A DNA stretch of 64,000 nt, from positions 4,650,001 to 4,714,000 of the forward strand of contig JBHGNT010000005.1 in the NCBI GenBank assembly GCA_043228905.1, read 5' to 3'. Shown one piece after another: positions 11,704-24,300 of the stretch (positions are counted from its first letter, which is position 1; every line of letters starts with the position of its first letter). Both the position numbers and the translations under genes were made by a program. The notes under the pieces were generated by a model that saw nothing but the letters and a program-made list of their open reading frames with translations, had not been told where the DNA came from and did no database searches. The stretch comes from Azolla caroliniana. Its lineage: Eukaryota > Plantae > Polypodiophyta.

Positions 11704-13698
11704 ATGGCGACAGTGATGATGGGATGCCACCATCTTCATTTTCATGATAGAATTGCGCTTTTGGATTCCATAAAGTCCTGTGGGAAAGAGAAGAACTTCC
11801 GGATGGCGAGAAGAATACATTCTGATATCATCGAGAGGGATTTGATTGCCAAAGATGTGTATATTGCGACTGCCCTGATCACAATGTATGCAAGATGTGG
11901 TGTGATCGAGAAAGCTCGAGAAGTATTTGATCAGATTCCTGTGCGAAATGTTGTATCCTGGAATGCGATTATTTCGGCATATGCCCGAAATGGGTTTGGC
12001 CATGAAGCTTTGAACTGCTTTGTATCGATGCAAAATGTGGGAATATGTCCGAATCCAGTAAGTTATGCATGTGTTTTGAAAGCTTGTGGCATCCTTGGGT
12101 CTCTGAAGATTGGAGAAGATATCGATGCTGAGGTGAGAAAACAAGGTCTATTACAAAAAGATGTCGTGCTCAGCACTGCACTAATGGACATGTATGCCAA
12201 ATGTGGTGCTCTGGTGAAAGCACGAGATGTGTTTGAGCAACTGCCGGTGCAGAATGTTGTTTCTTGGAATGCCCTCATTACTGGATATGCCCATCATGGG
12301 CTTTGTAAGGAAGCATTGGAATGCTTCAAACAAATGAAAGATGCGGGAGTTTGTCCTGATGTGGTCACTTATGTGTGTGTTTTGAAAGCATCTGGCTTTG
12401 TTGGGTCTATAGAGTTTGGGGAAAATATATATGTTGAGGTTAGAAAGCAAGGATTATTGGAGAAAAGCGTAACTCTCTGCAATGCATTGATGGACATGTA
12501 TTTCAAGTGTGGGGTGTTAGAGAAAGCACGGGAAGTGTTTGAGCAATTTTCTGTTCCGGATGTTGTTTCTTGGAATATATTAATTGGTGGATATGCCCAA
12601 CATGGGCTCTCTGAAGAAGCAATAAACTGCTTTAGATGGATGCAACATGCAGGAGTCTGTCCAAATGTGGTAACATATGTAGGTGTCATAAAAGCTTGTG
12701 GCATTATTGGGTCTTTAGAGATTGGAGAAGATATACATGCTGAGGTTAGAAACAGAGGTTTATTGCACAAAGATGTCATACTTGATAATGCCCTGGTGGA
12801 CATGTATGCCAAATGTGGTGCACTGGAGAAAGCGCGACATGTGTTTGAACAACTTCCCATGAAGAATGTTGTGACTTGGAGTGCCCTTATTGGTGGATAT
12901 GCCCACCATGGGCATGGTGATGAGGCATTGAAATTATTCCGGCAAATGCAAGATGTGGGAGTTTGTCCAAACTCCATTACATATGTTAGTATTTTGAAAG
13001 CTTGTGGCATTGTGGGTTCGTTAGAGATAGGGGAAATTATAGAAGAAGAGGTTAGAAATCAAGGGTTGTTGGAGAAAGAGGTTGCGCTTGGGAATGCGTT
13101 GATGGACATGTATTCCAAATGTGGTGCATTAGAGAAAGCACGAAAAGTATTTGAACAACTTCCTGTGAAGAGTGTTGTCTCATGGAGTGCATTGATTGAG
13201 GGATATGCCCAATTAGGTGAGGCTAACGTGGCTTTGAACATGTATGAAAGAATGAAGGCTGAGAATTTTATGCCAAATTTGGTCACCTTCACTGTTTTGT
13301 TAACTGCATGTAGTCATGCGGGTTTAGTTGAGGAAGGACAAAAGTTGTTTGACGAGATGCGCATCGATTATCATCTCACACCAACATTGGAACACTATTC
13401 ATGTATGATTGATCTATTTGGCCGAGCTGGACACTTCGACAAGGCAAAATCCTTTCTTAACAAGGTGTCACATTTGGATGATGATCTTCCCTTACTATTG
13501 ACTCTAATGGGTGCTTGTAGGAAATGGAGGAATGTGAAGGTTGGGAAATGGGCATTTGAACATTTGGTGCGATTGGATGAAACTTGTTCTGCCGCATATG
13601 TGTGCATGGAAAATATATATGCATCAGCTGGAATGCAAGTGGAAGCATGTGAAATTGAGTTTTTGAGAGCAAAGAATAACGCATGGAACACAGAATGA
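11704..13698 (+). CDS. PLS-class PPR protein, E-subclass, no DYW domain (PPR-3)
   Basis: 664-aa intronless ORF with PLS triplets, LEHYSCMIDLFGRAG and E1/E2. It ends at RAKNNAWNTE, just before the PG/WW box. A telo-box AAACCCTAA lies at 11642. Confidence 0.93.
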   Translation: MATVMMGCHHLHFHDRIALLDSIKSCGKEKNFRMARRIHSDIIERDLIAKDVYIATALITMYARCGVIEKAREVFDQIPVRNVVSWNAIISAYARNGFGHEALNCFVSMQNVGICPNPVSYACVLKACGILGSLKIGEDIDAEVRKQGLLQKDVVLSTALMDMYAKCGALVKARDVFEQLPVQNVVSWNALITGYAHHGLCKEALECFKQMKDAGVCPDVVTYVCVLKASGFVGSIEFGENIYVEVRKQGLLEKSVTLCNALMDMYFKCGVLEKAREVFEQFSVPDVVSWNILIGGYAQHGLSEEAINCFRWMQHAGVCPNVVTYVGVIKACGIIGSLEIGEDIHAEVRNRGLLHKDVILDNALVDMYAKCGALEKARHVFEQLPMKNVVTWSALIGGYAHHGHGDEALKLFRQMQDVGVCPNSITYVSILKACGIVGSLEIGEIIEEEVRNQGLLEKEVALGNALMDMYSKCGALEKARKVFEQLPVKSVVSWSALIEGYAQLGEANVALNMYERMKAENFMPNLVTFTVLLTACSHAGLVEEGQKLFDEMRIDYHLTPTLEHYSCMIDLFGRAGHFDKAKSFLNKVSHLDDDLPLLLTLMGACRKWRNVKVGKWAFEHLVRLDETCSAAYVCMENIYASAGMQVEACEIEFLRAKNNAWNTE

Positions 13699-14066
13699 GA
13701 AATATGTACATTCTTTAATGAGTTGTCTTATACAATGACAATATCTTCTACAGGTATTGCTGCATAATTCCTCAACTCCACATTGCCATGAATCAATGAC
13801 CTGAAAACCTTATATTATGGATAAGTACTAACTATGTTATGATGCACACATCATATATGGAATAATTTGTTTACTCATTACCCAAAAACCGAATCAACAT
13901 GTTATAAGTAAATATCAACTCAGTTATAGTCAGACATCGTATTATCAAAATAGGAAATTGAGGGCTGTATGATGTGGTTGTGAAGGCTTGTGGTTGGCAA
14001 TACGTTCGTCAACATGTTTTCCAAACATGCTGAACTGGAGAAAGAACAAGGAAATATTTTATTAGT

Positions 14067-14243
14067 TTCCGATGCAAAATTATGGTTTCTTCCAGGAGCA
14101 GTATGATTGTTAGATATGCCCGGTTGTGGTAGGTGAAAACAACATTTTGGAAGTTCCGATGCAAAATTATGGTTTCTTCCAGGAGCAGTATGATTGTTAG
14201 ATATGCCCGGTTGTGGTAACTGAAAACAACATTTTGGAAGTTC
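14067..14243. repeat. 87-bp tandem duplication (2 copies)
   Basis: ttccgatgcaaaattatgg at 14067 and 14154; on the minus strand it reads as a 29-aa repeat, ELPKCCF(Q/H)LPQPGISNNHTAPGRNHNFAS. Confidence 0.93.
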
Positions 14244-15237
14244 ATGGAATGTGCCAATGCTAAGGTAAGAAAGAATCTTGATGAACATTACAATAGAGAT
14301 ACTAGGACAAACCCCACAAACAAGCTATGCGCAAATTGGGAGTTCAATTATTACCCTTGTCCTTGGTTTGCTACAAAATCCCTGATTATTAAGAGAAGAC
14401 AGCAGTTTGCTGTATATCCCTCGCGGCAAAAACTCATGATGTTGTGGTTGGCAATACATTGATGGAAGATGTTTGGGATGATAGAAGAAGTAACCATTGA
14501 TAAGATGACCAAGTAGACGTCGTGAAATTTGCACAACTCTACAAATTTCAGGATATCTGCACTCCCAATATGGGATATATATAGAAAGTATGATATTCGT
14601 TGGACCATGAAAAAAACTGTACAATGTCTATACATGTATGAATATATTTGAAGAGTATTATTCGAGAAGACAAGTCTTTCTGTATTCACCTTGGTGCCTA
14701 TTTTTAACACATTTTCTCAACTATAAAATTCAAGGTTCATTTAGAAAGATAGTAACATTAACACTTACCTACCAAAACACATTGTTGATCAGACCACTTT
14801 CTATTTACAGCTCATTAGTCCTAAATCAAAGGTGTCTTACATCTGACATTGGTAATTTAATACATTTATGGCTGATCATCAAATGCCATGGATACTACTC
14901 AATCAAATTTGACATATTATTCATCATTTTCTTCTTTTTGATGATTTTAAGTGATGAGAAGAAACAATGAATGTAGCAAAAATATATTTTCTTATATATT
15001 GTTACTTGTAATACATGCACTAACACTACTTTTTGTTCACCAGAAGACTCAAATTTCACAAAAACTCTCCATTAATTTGACTTTTACATAGTTTATTTAA
15101 ATATTTATTTGACAAATGAATTGTAGATAAACAAAAACCACCATTAGGAGGCAATTGAAGTTCTTCCAACTCTTGATTACACTGTTTGTTACATGCAGAA
15201 ACAATCTGAGTAAAATTCTCACTAAGGCCGAGTGATG

Positions 15238-16588
15238 TTAGCAACACGAACTTGTATTGGTTTCTGTATGGACGGAAAACATTATCCATGCAGTACATTG
15301 AGCTAAATAATATTGATTTGAGTGACCATTTAAATGAATTGAAAAAACTTACCAGCTTTCATATTAGATTGAAATGTTTGTTTTAAGGGAACAACCTATA
15401 AAAATTAATAAAGAACGATCTTGTATATGGGATCTCGAATCCTGTTGTAGTCATATTTTTCTTTGAGTAGATGAAGCATAAGAGGAAGGTAAATGTGCAT
15501 AAGAATATGAGAATATCTATCCTCACATGGACCCGTCCAAACAGTGTCTGCCATTTCAATTTTTTTATCAAAACATTTGTCTCGCTATGGCGAGTTAATT
15601 TATCAGCTTTGACAACAGGGGAGCTTATAATCTCATCTAAAGAAACTTGAGCACAATCCTTGAAGGATGTGGAAGGTTCATCCAGATGCGTGATAAGCAT
15701 GGAGGGGCCAAGCATACACATGTTTCTTTCGACCAAGGGGGACGGAATTCGTGCCGAAGAAACTATGGAATGTTTCAAAGGTTGATCGATGATGTGCGAG
15801 GCTTGATGGAATGAGCTCATGGAGTCCTCGACTTGATCTCTAGCGAGGCAGGGTTCGGACAAAAAGAAGGAATGTTTAATGGTGTCTGGGAGACGGGGGT
15901 GCATAAGGCTCGAGAAGAGCGGGAGAGGAGCCAATCGGTCGATCGATTCCATCTGTTCAAGTATCGAGAAGTAGTGCGAAGAACCATTTTGGACATCAAA
16001 ACACTCCACTGAGTGTCGGGTGGGATGGTCATTATGATGATACCCTGCATGGTCATCCAAAACATGTGTGGTACTATCCTGGAATCTGTTGGGTCCTTCG
16101 GGCAGTTCATGGAGGGGAAGAGGGGTCTTGGCTCTAGGGGTAGAACTTACGAAGTCGGTCGATTTGTCAGTGTCGGTAGATTTAGTGTAATTCTGGAGGG
16201 TTGTAACAGCACTAGGATTGCTATCACTGGCAGTAGTATTCCTCGAGGGTCTCTTAGATTTAGAGGATGATGATAAAGAGGAGAACATGAAGAAGCCAGA
16301 GATGGCTAAGATTGTAGCAACCCCAATTGGGACAGCATATTTCTTCACTAAACCTTCAATTAAGGCACAATTAATCCCTTCTTTCATGATGGATTCATCA
16401 ATTCTACTACTAGTATCTGATGATGGTGGTGCCTGTGACGATGACGATGACAATGATGGTGATTGTGATGATCCTTCAATCAATGAGTGGTTAGCATTAC
16501 TAGTATAATGATTATGATCAGAGGTTCTTGTTAATATGGGGTCCATTATCTTATTCAGATTGTTGGGTGCTCTCGACATTCCATCCAT
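15238..16588 (-). CDS. Hypothetical Ser/Thr-rich protein with one predicted transmembrane helix
   Basis: Long open frame (~350 codons, GC above background) containing YAVPIGVATILAISGFFMFSSL. Tentative exons 15527-16588, 15353-15395 and 15238-15302 with GT-AG sites. No family recognised; the 3' structure is uncertain. Confidence 0.55.
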
Positions 16589-16932
16589 GGATGGCCACAC
16601 GGAGGGCCAATTCTGGGCTCTTTTGGCTTTTCTTTTCGATCGTTCTTTCTGTGAAAGTCTCTGGAGATGAGTTTTTGATTGTAGAATCTGTGGGTTTTGG
16701 CAAGTGGGTCGCTTGCCACCATCCGCAAAACAGAGAAATAAGAAGAAAGAAAAAGCTCAAATACCCTGCTGCTGCTTGTGCTTTTTCTCTTGGCGTTTCT
16801 GTTTTGCTTTTCTGGCCTCTTTTGCTTTTTTGAGAGAGAGAAGATTTGGTGAGACGCACAAGACCTTTTTCCAACCGTCAACCGTCATATGATTAAAAAG
16901 TAAAGGTCATAAATTACGCAAATTTGGCCACT

Positions 16933-17091
16933 AATTATAGTGTGAATCTAATATTAATAGCATTAAGGCTAAGGCAGGGTGAAAGCAATTATAATGTGAA
17001 TCTAATGAATAGCATTAAGGCCAAGGCAGGGAAAAAGCAATTATAATGTGAATCTAATTACTAGCATTAAGGCTAAGGCAGGGGAAAGCAA
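16933..17091. repeat. ~52-bp tandem repeat x3
   Basis: Unit aattata(a/g)tgtgaatctaat..tagcattaaggc(t/c)aaggcaggg..aaagc occurs three times. Confidence 0.9.
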
Positions 17092-18308
17092 ATGCAGCCC
17101 GCGAACTCCCGAGTGCAACCCGAGTTTCGTTTATTCTTCAGGAACTTCATTGGCCAAAACACACCAAAACTATTGCTTGCTTAATCATGCATTTCATGTG
17201 TTCTAACTTGCACCCATCTTGCAAGTAATGGTACATGTGAAAAGCAATAATGATTATCTAAATCACTGTTTTAACTGAGATGATAGTTTCCACATTTCAA
17301 AGGTCAGCAAATGATTTATTGAACTTGGGAACTTGTTGAAAGTACTTGCTGAACTTTAAACACCTCACCATTCAAAGCTATTTGCATGTAACATTTGCAA
17401 GACAGATTCAACAAGCAACATAGATTCAAAGGAAATATTTGTAATTTACTCACTGAAAACCAAATGCATTTTACTTGTGCTAATAGGCAAGCTTTGACGT
17501 CACCAAAAACTTTGGCTAAATATTGACGCGACATAATTCATAAGCCTGCTTAAAGGTTGGTCTCTATCCACGAGCATGTTAATGATTGGTTTGTAGAAGG
17601 TAAGGGGCAAGAAGGCAAAAGACTAAAGAGTCAACACAATATTAGGTAAATTTACATTGCATTGGATACGTTAATATGAAACCAAATAATGTGACCAAGT
17701 TATCTCGTCAGGAGATCATGTGGATGGATCCTCTATGAGTGATGCATCTTTCAAGAAACACAATGTTAGAAAAGAATTCAATACAGTTTCAAGACAGCCA
17801 TAAATGTCCGACCACATTTGATGCTTCTATTTACACGAGGACTAAGCTTAATCATCAACTTTTCCTAAATTACAATATCTGGCCGTTGTTCCTACATAAC
17901 AGTCAAGTCATCCGTTCATAATGTGCATACTATGAATTGCATCAAAGAACACTTCATGCACATCATCAATTACGCACAAAAAAAGCAAAATAGAACTTTG
18001 CCATACACACAAATTTGATGAGGAAATATACTCTATAGCAATGGGTAATGATACAGCTTTATATCTTTTTGGATGGTGAAGATTTCATGGAAATTTTGAA
18101 AACAAGGAAAAATATCTATACAAATTTTGACATGACTCAACTGAGGACATTTATAGCTTTCTGTGCTGGATGAGTGAGAGACTAGGTAAGTAACTAAAAC
18201 ATCATCCCCCATTGGATCAATTAGAGAGATAATGTTAGAACAACTACAGGCATCTCTTCCAAAAACAAAAATAAAAACAAATGAGCAAAAAACATGATGG
18301 ATTCTCTT

Positions 18309-21300
18309 TTAAGATTTTTCATTGTTAACATCCTTGCTAGTAGCACGAAAAAGACCCAATCCCCATCGTTGACCAAATGCTTCTAAGGTTCCAATGTTTT
18401 GTGTTTCAGCTTTTGTTGTCGCTACTGTTGATGACGATTGTGGTACAGAACTTTGAGGGATATTGGCATCCTTATTTTGAGTTGAATGAAAAGCTTCTTT
18501 TGGTAAATGAGACACTGGTAGAGGCACCTTATCATTTTCTACATTCTCATGTTCTCCACTAGCTTGAGGATCACTGATTTGAAGTGACATAGCTATTGCT
18601 TCCATGAGCATCTACACACACATTTGTTACAATATCAAATGATAACTCTAAAAGAAGTGTGAAAGTGTGTCGAAACAACACATTAGTTCCTAGAGGCCAT
18701 AATGGGTCATCATTAGTCCAGATTGACACAAAAACAAGCCAAAGAATATTTCCCATTTAACAAGATTCCAGTATAAATTTTAAAATATGATTTTTATCAC
18801 TTCTTCCCATATGATCTGTTTGAATTCCTTCAATACCTTATTATAGAAATACTCACAATAAAAAGAAGAAACAAGAACAGCACACTATTTACCCTTTCTT
18901 CATCTTCAGCTGTTGATGGGATGTTGGCAAAATTATATTCTAAAGATGCAGATGATGAAGTCTGATGATCTACATCACCATTGAATTGACTGGATGATGT
19001 CATTGTCGAGCGTTCCTCATTGTTTCCACGAATCTGAAGAATTTACATATTTGCACTTAATTAACATAAACACAGAATTCAATCTATAAAATCGAAATGG
19101 ATTTATCACGAGTGAAACTTTCTCCTTGATAACTAAGTAAATAAATATTATATATATCAAGGAAATCCTGTAGTGATGCATTCAACTGTTTGACCTGGAG
19201 ATTCGATGACCCAGAAGGTTTGTCGTCAATGTTCTCTTTGCTTAGAAGCTTTGACATATCTCCTTGCAAGTCTCCAAGATCTGAAGGAACCTACATAATG
19301 CAAAATATATATTTATTAAACAACACGAAACTTAAAAGAAACGCATAATAAACACATTGCGGACATGAATAAAATAAGCATGTGTTTACCTCAGTACGGC
19401 TCATGTGCCATCCTAAAGCATCCTCCATTAGATCTGGTTCAAGTCCTATTTATATTGAATTTTTTGAAGTACATCAATAATTAGAATTCAGTAAATACCC
19501 CACGTGCACAATCAAATTCATTAATACAATGTGGCCTAGTTGGAAATCCAAAGTGATCACATCTACATGTTTGCAAATTCTCCTTAATATCCATTATAAA
19601 CCTAGTCTCCAATCCATGCCTATAAAATGCAGTCACATGTATTCACACTCTACAACTTACTATTTTCAAAATAAACATGTTAAAAAGTAACACACTAATA
19701 AATTAGCCATCTTTTCTCATAAAAAGAAATATGCCCACTTGGTCTTGGTGAGTAAACGATACAGAAATATATAAATGACATAGAGACTTGCCTGCAATAT
19801 GTGGAGAAAATGAAGGTTGCATTGCCCTCATGACATCAAACCATATGTTCTGTACAAAAATATAAAATTCAGGAATGCAAACAAAATGTAAAAAGTATTA
19901 AAGTAACTAGCTTCCAAACTCCATGAAAAACTGACGACAATCATTATACATATTGACAGGGTGCCAGTAGCACAAATTTCCCACATATAAGTAGCTGCTG
20001 TTATGAAGAAAAAACACATCCATTGCCAATTGTGGGACTTTCTACAGAGTCCTTCAGCAAGTTTTGGATTCAACAGTTGGAATAATCCAAAATTCACTCT
20101 AATCAGTACGAAAGAGGCTTCCATTGGGGAGGTTTTGGAGTTTCTTGGTTTTTGGGAAAAAGGTTATAACTTTCACAGCACATAAATGCTGGTGTTCTAA
20201 CATCCTCTCACTAAGATCTTTCCAGTGATATCATATGGTAGGGTTTTGGTAACATCTACTTAACCTTTAAGAGGCATGGATAAAGAAGTGCAAAACATTG
20301 TTTCCTAAGTTAAAAGGAATGCTGCCTGGAAGTAGGTTAACTCTTGTACTTTGAGACGTTTCATGGGTAGGCTTCACATTCATGATCTGCCAAGTTTCTG
20401 CCCCACATTAGTTTTGTCCCTTTATGTAAGCTAAAAAGTTTAAAATTGGCCTCCCCAAACCATAACTACACAAATGACACGGCATTTCTTAGATGGCCCA
20501 TTCTTTAATCAAAAAGTTTTATAATGATTACATAACATTTTATGTTGTACTTAATCCTTTAAAGAGCATTTGGGTTTCAAAGACAGTATTTTGCTTGCCA
20601 CAAATATTGACCATAGAAAATTAGGTTATTATTCATACTGTAACATGCACTTGGTCAATGTATAGTGTTTTCAGGCACATTAGACACATTACCAAAATCA
20701 CTAACAGAACCTTTTCAGGCTCAATTTGATGTTAGAATTCACATTATTAGCACATCCCATAGATGATAAAGCATATAAATGACCTCCTCCACATCATCAA
20801 CACCATAATACGCCCCTGGTGCAACGTCGGCAACCATCCCCTCAGGTGGCTGAAGGATATTGTGGAAGAAAATATTAATGGAATCATAGTAGAATCTAGG
20901 CCTTGGAGAATTGTGGTCACCCTCAAATTTGATAATGTTCTTGTCACCCTGTTAGCATAGAAAACATATGACTACATATATTACAAAATCACCACATTGA
21001 AATAGTCTAGCTTGTCCATTTGCCTATTTCTGATGACATATGTATACACATACATACAATTTGCCTAATGGAGAAAGATAACATACCATATAAGCTTCAT
21101 AGATAAGATCAGAGTGGTGTGGCTGAATAAAGGAATCCTCTGTTGCATGTCCAAACAGTGCTGGAATGAATGATCGTTTTGCCACCTGTAGTGAGCACAA
21201 AACCTTCAGGAACAATTGTATACTTATCCCTCAGCATCAGCATCAGAATGAGTATATTTTCTGTTATAAGTCTCATAAAATGTGACAGTGGAATCACCCA

Positions 21301-24300
21301 TGGAGAGAGATTCACCTTGACCATTGGGTTAAACATTTGAATATGCTTATTACAACTTTTCTGACCATCACTCTCATTCACAGTATATACTTAAGAAAAC
21401 ATTCTTGAAAACAATGATTATTATCATCATCGATTAGGGCTTGTAGAAAAGAACTGCACAGAAGAACAAGTGCTACAAAAGTCTTACAAATGAAAGTGCA
21501 CCTAAAGATTAGACCTAGCTCCTTGTTTCTTTAAAATTATGTCCATGTTGTTATCACATCCCATTCACATAATATAACTCTTGTTCGTTGATCAATGTCC
21601 CTTAACATTCTCCAATGCATAAGAAAAAACCTAGCACACATCGTCTCAATATTAAAAGACTGATATAATGAGGTATCCGGAATAAAATTATCCTTTCTAG
21701 ATCTTCAATCTGATCACATCGTCATATATGTTGTTTCATACCCTAGGTTTCATCTGGTCATGTTACTTCACGTCTATCTTATGGTTGGTTGTCTTATTAA
21801 TATCTTAGAAAGATCCAATGTCTTTCAGTATTATCAACATTGTTTTTCGGCAGCAACATTCACCATAATGGTTCTCCTGTTATCTTGGGAAATTACCAAA
21901 TCTAGGAGGCAATGATTAAGATATAAGCATGCCAACAAATAAAACTATAGATTGAACTACAACGGTGTTAGTGACAAGTAGCCCCAACATATTGGATTAT
22001 GTTTGAGAAGTGTTGAAAAGATTGTAATGAAGTGATTATTTGCTTAAACTAACCTGGACAGCATCAAGATCCATGATGTCGAACCGAGCTTTCTTTTGGA
22101 TGACTTTGCGCATGTATTGTATAGCAACTTTCAACTGAAATAGCAAGCAAATATAATGATATAAATAGCAAAGTTGAAGCTACAACAGCCAATTGAAACT
22201 GCCGATATAGAATTATGAAAACTGATAGTCATAACTCAGCTGTAAAAAAAGGTTGTCTTTAATGTCACATATTCTAATCAGAAGGTGCATTATACCGTGA
22301 ACTTTGGAAGCCGAACCTTGTACACATCAACCAGTTCCATCATCAAATCAACCAAGTTGGAAAAGGGACTATCTAGAACCATGCCTGCAATAGAAGGATC
22401 CTCTGCACCATAGAGGAGGCTGAAAGCACAATCCATACGTTCTCAGAGAAATCATAGCAAATGTCCATCTTAGCTAACAATGTGCGTAAAAATAAAAAAC
22501 TCTAGTACCCTTGTACCATGTCACAGCACCCATTGAGCGACCCCAAAGTCCGATGCAAGAGATTCTTTTGTCAGTACGTAAATGCTCCACAACAGCATTC
22601 AAGTCAGCCTTCTGTAAAATAAAAAGATACTTAAAACCTAAGGAATGCGAACATGAATACGTAGAGATATTCGACAGTATATGTGTATACTAAAGTTAGT
22701 TAAAACTCCATAAAGATGAAGTCAATAAAATAAATGCATCTATAACCTCATTCCACCCAAGAGTTACATACTCTCCTTCTGAAAGACCCGATCCAGAAAA
22801 ATCAAGACTGAAAACAGTTATATTGGACGGAAGGAGGATAACTGCAGCTTCACTAGCATCACCACGGCATCCACTGTGCAGAGAGAAAATTTGGTAACTC
22901 ATTTTAGAATCTACAATTTGAGTTCATCAGATATTCTTAGAGAGTCAATCGAAAAATTAACTCCATGCAACCTGGTTTGCATTTAAAAATAACTGAAATA
23001 CTCTAAAAGTACAATGCTGAAATGACTTTGATTTCATTTCATTTAAATAACCTTAACATTCTGATTATATAAGCACACTGCAGGCGGAGAGTTGGAGATA
23101 TACCGAGGATGAAATAGGTGCACAGTGCACAATGAAACATATGCACTACAATGGATTTGGCTAAGAATATTGTGGTAAACATACAAACGAGAAGCCTAAG
23201 TAAAATAGACAAAATTGAACGTTTTGTATATTATTTAGATTCATAAAAGTTTCAATCTTAACTTAAACCCTTGACTAATAGTCTCCTTTATTGGACTCCT
23301 TTTGCAGCCAGTAAGGATGTTTGATTAGAGGTGGTTCTCACTATACGCCATAGGCAACGTGATAACAGGGTGAAGGGGGGGCAGCATGACCCATGGGGTC
23401 ACCAACTGTTACATTTTTTTCTCATTCGCCTTAAAGGTGCAGGATTTTAAAACGGTAGAACAAAAATTAAATTTAAAACATGAAATGAAAAACTAAGCTA
23501 GAAATTTCAATGTTTCAACCTTCCATGAATTTAGTTACCTGGAGTAGAGAGGAAAGAGCATGCATAATGTTGTTGGTGATATTTCTGTCTTCATTATGAG
23601 TTCATGAAAGATAGTACAATATTGTAGGAAATCCTAAAAATCATGCCTATATATCCTCCTATACGAGCCATTCCAAAGTGATATGGTTTTCTGTTTCTCG
23701 CACATTGACGCAACAAGGTCACATACTCTCTTTCTGCTCAATATCCAGCCGAAGGGTGGATTTCACCATCTTGGGCATGAGTGGGTAGATGTGAGCTTCA
23801 GCATCAGCAAACCACTCTCAATAAATTTCGCATTATTAGTAGTAATGTAGCTGCAATTCCATTCAAACTTAGACCTATGTTGGGTTTTTCTAAATTTCGT
23901 ATGGAAAGTTTACAATGTGGTTGAGTAATGCATTGACTCATATTCATTTGTCCATTTCTTTCCTTTAAATGCACATCCAAAAATTCAACATGCCATCTTT
24001 CAATATTCTAGGATGTCTTACACCCAATTGAATAAAAGAAAATTGCTTTCGCTGTTTTTCTGTGGTAAGAAACCAAGAACGATATATTAAATTTTCGAAA
24101 AGACCATAATGACTTGTGAAGTCATTATGGTTTGTTGTGGATCCTGTTGGCATCAGCAAGTCCAGGACAGAGAAAATAGCCCTACCTGACAGGTGTACCG
24201 CTACCTGTCTCTATTCATGTGTTATCAGTGTGTTGCCTAATGTATTTTTATCTCCCTCATTCAGTTTGATGCAGCAGATATATTCTACCTACTATTCAAA

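Noticed and set aside
4029-13711. Many 60-213 aa ORFs antisense to the PPR genes
   Set aside because: These are shadow frames of the repetitive PPR coding strand, with no independent motifs.
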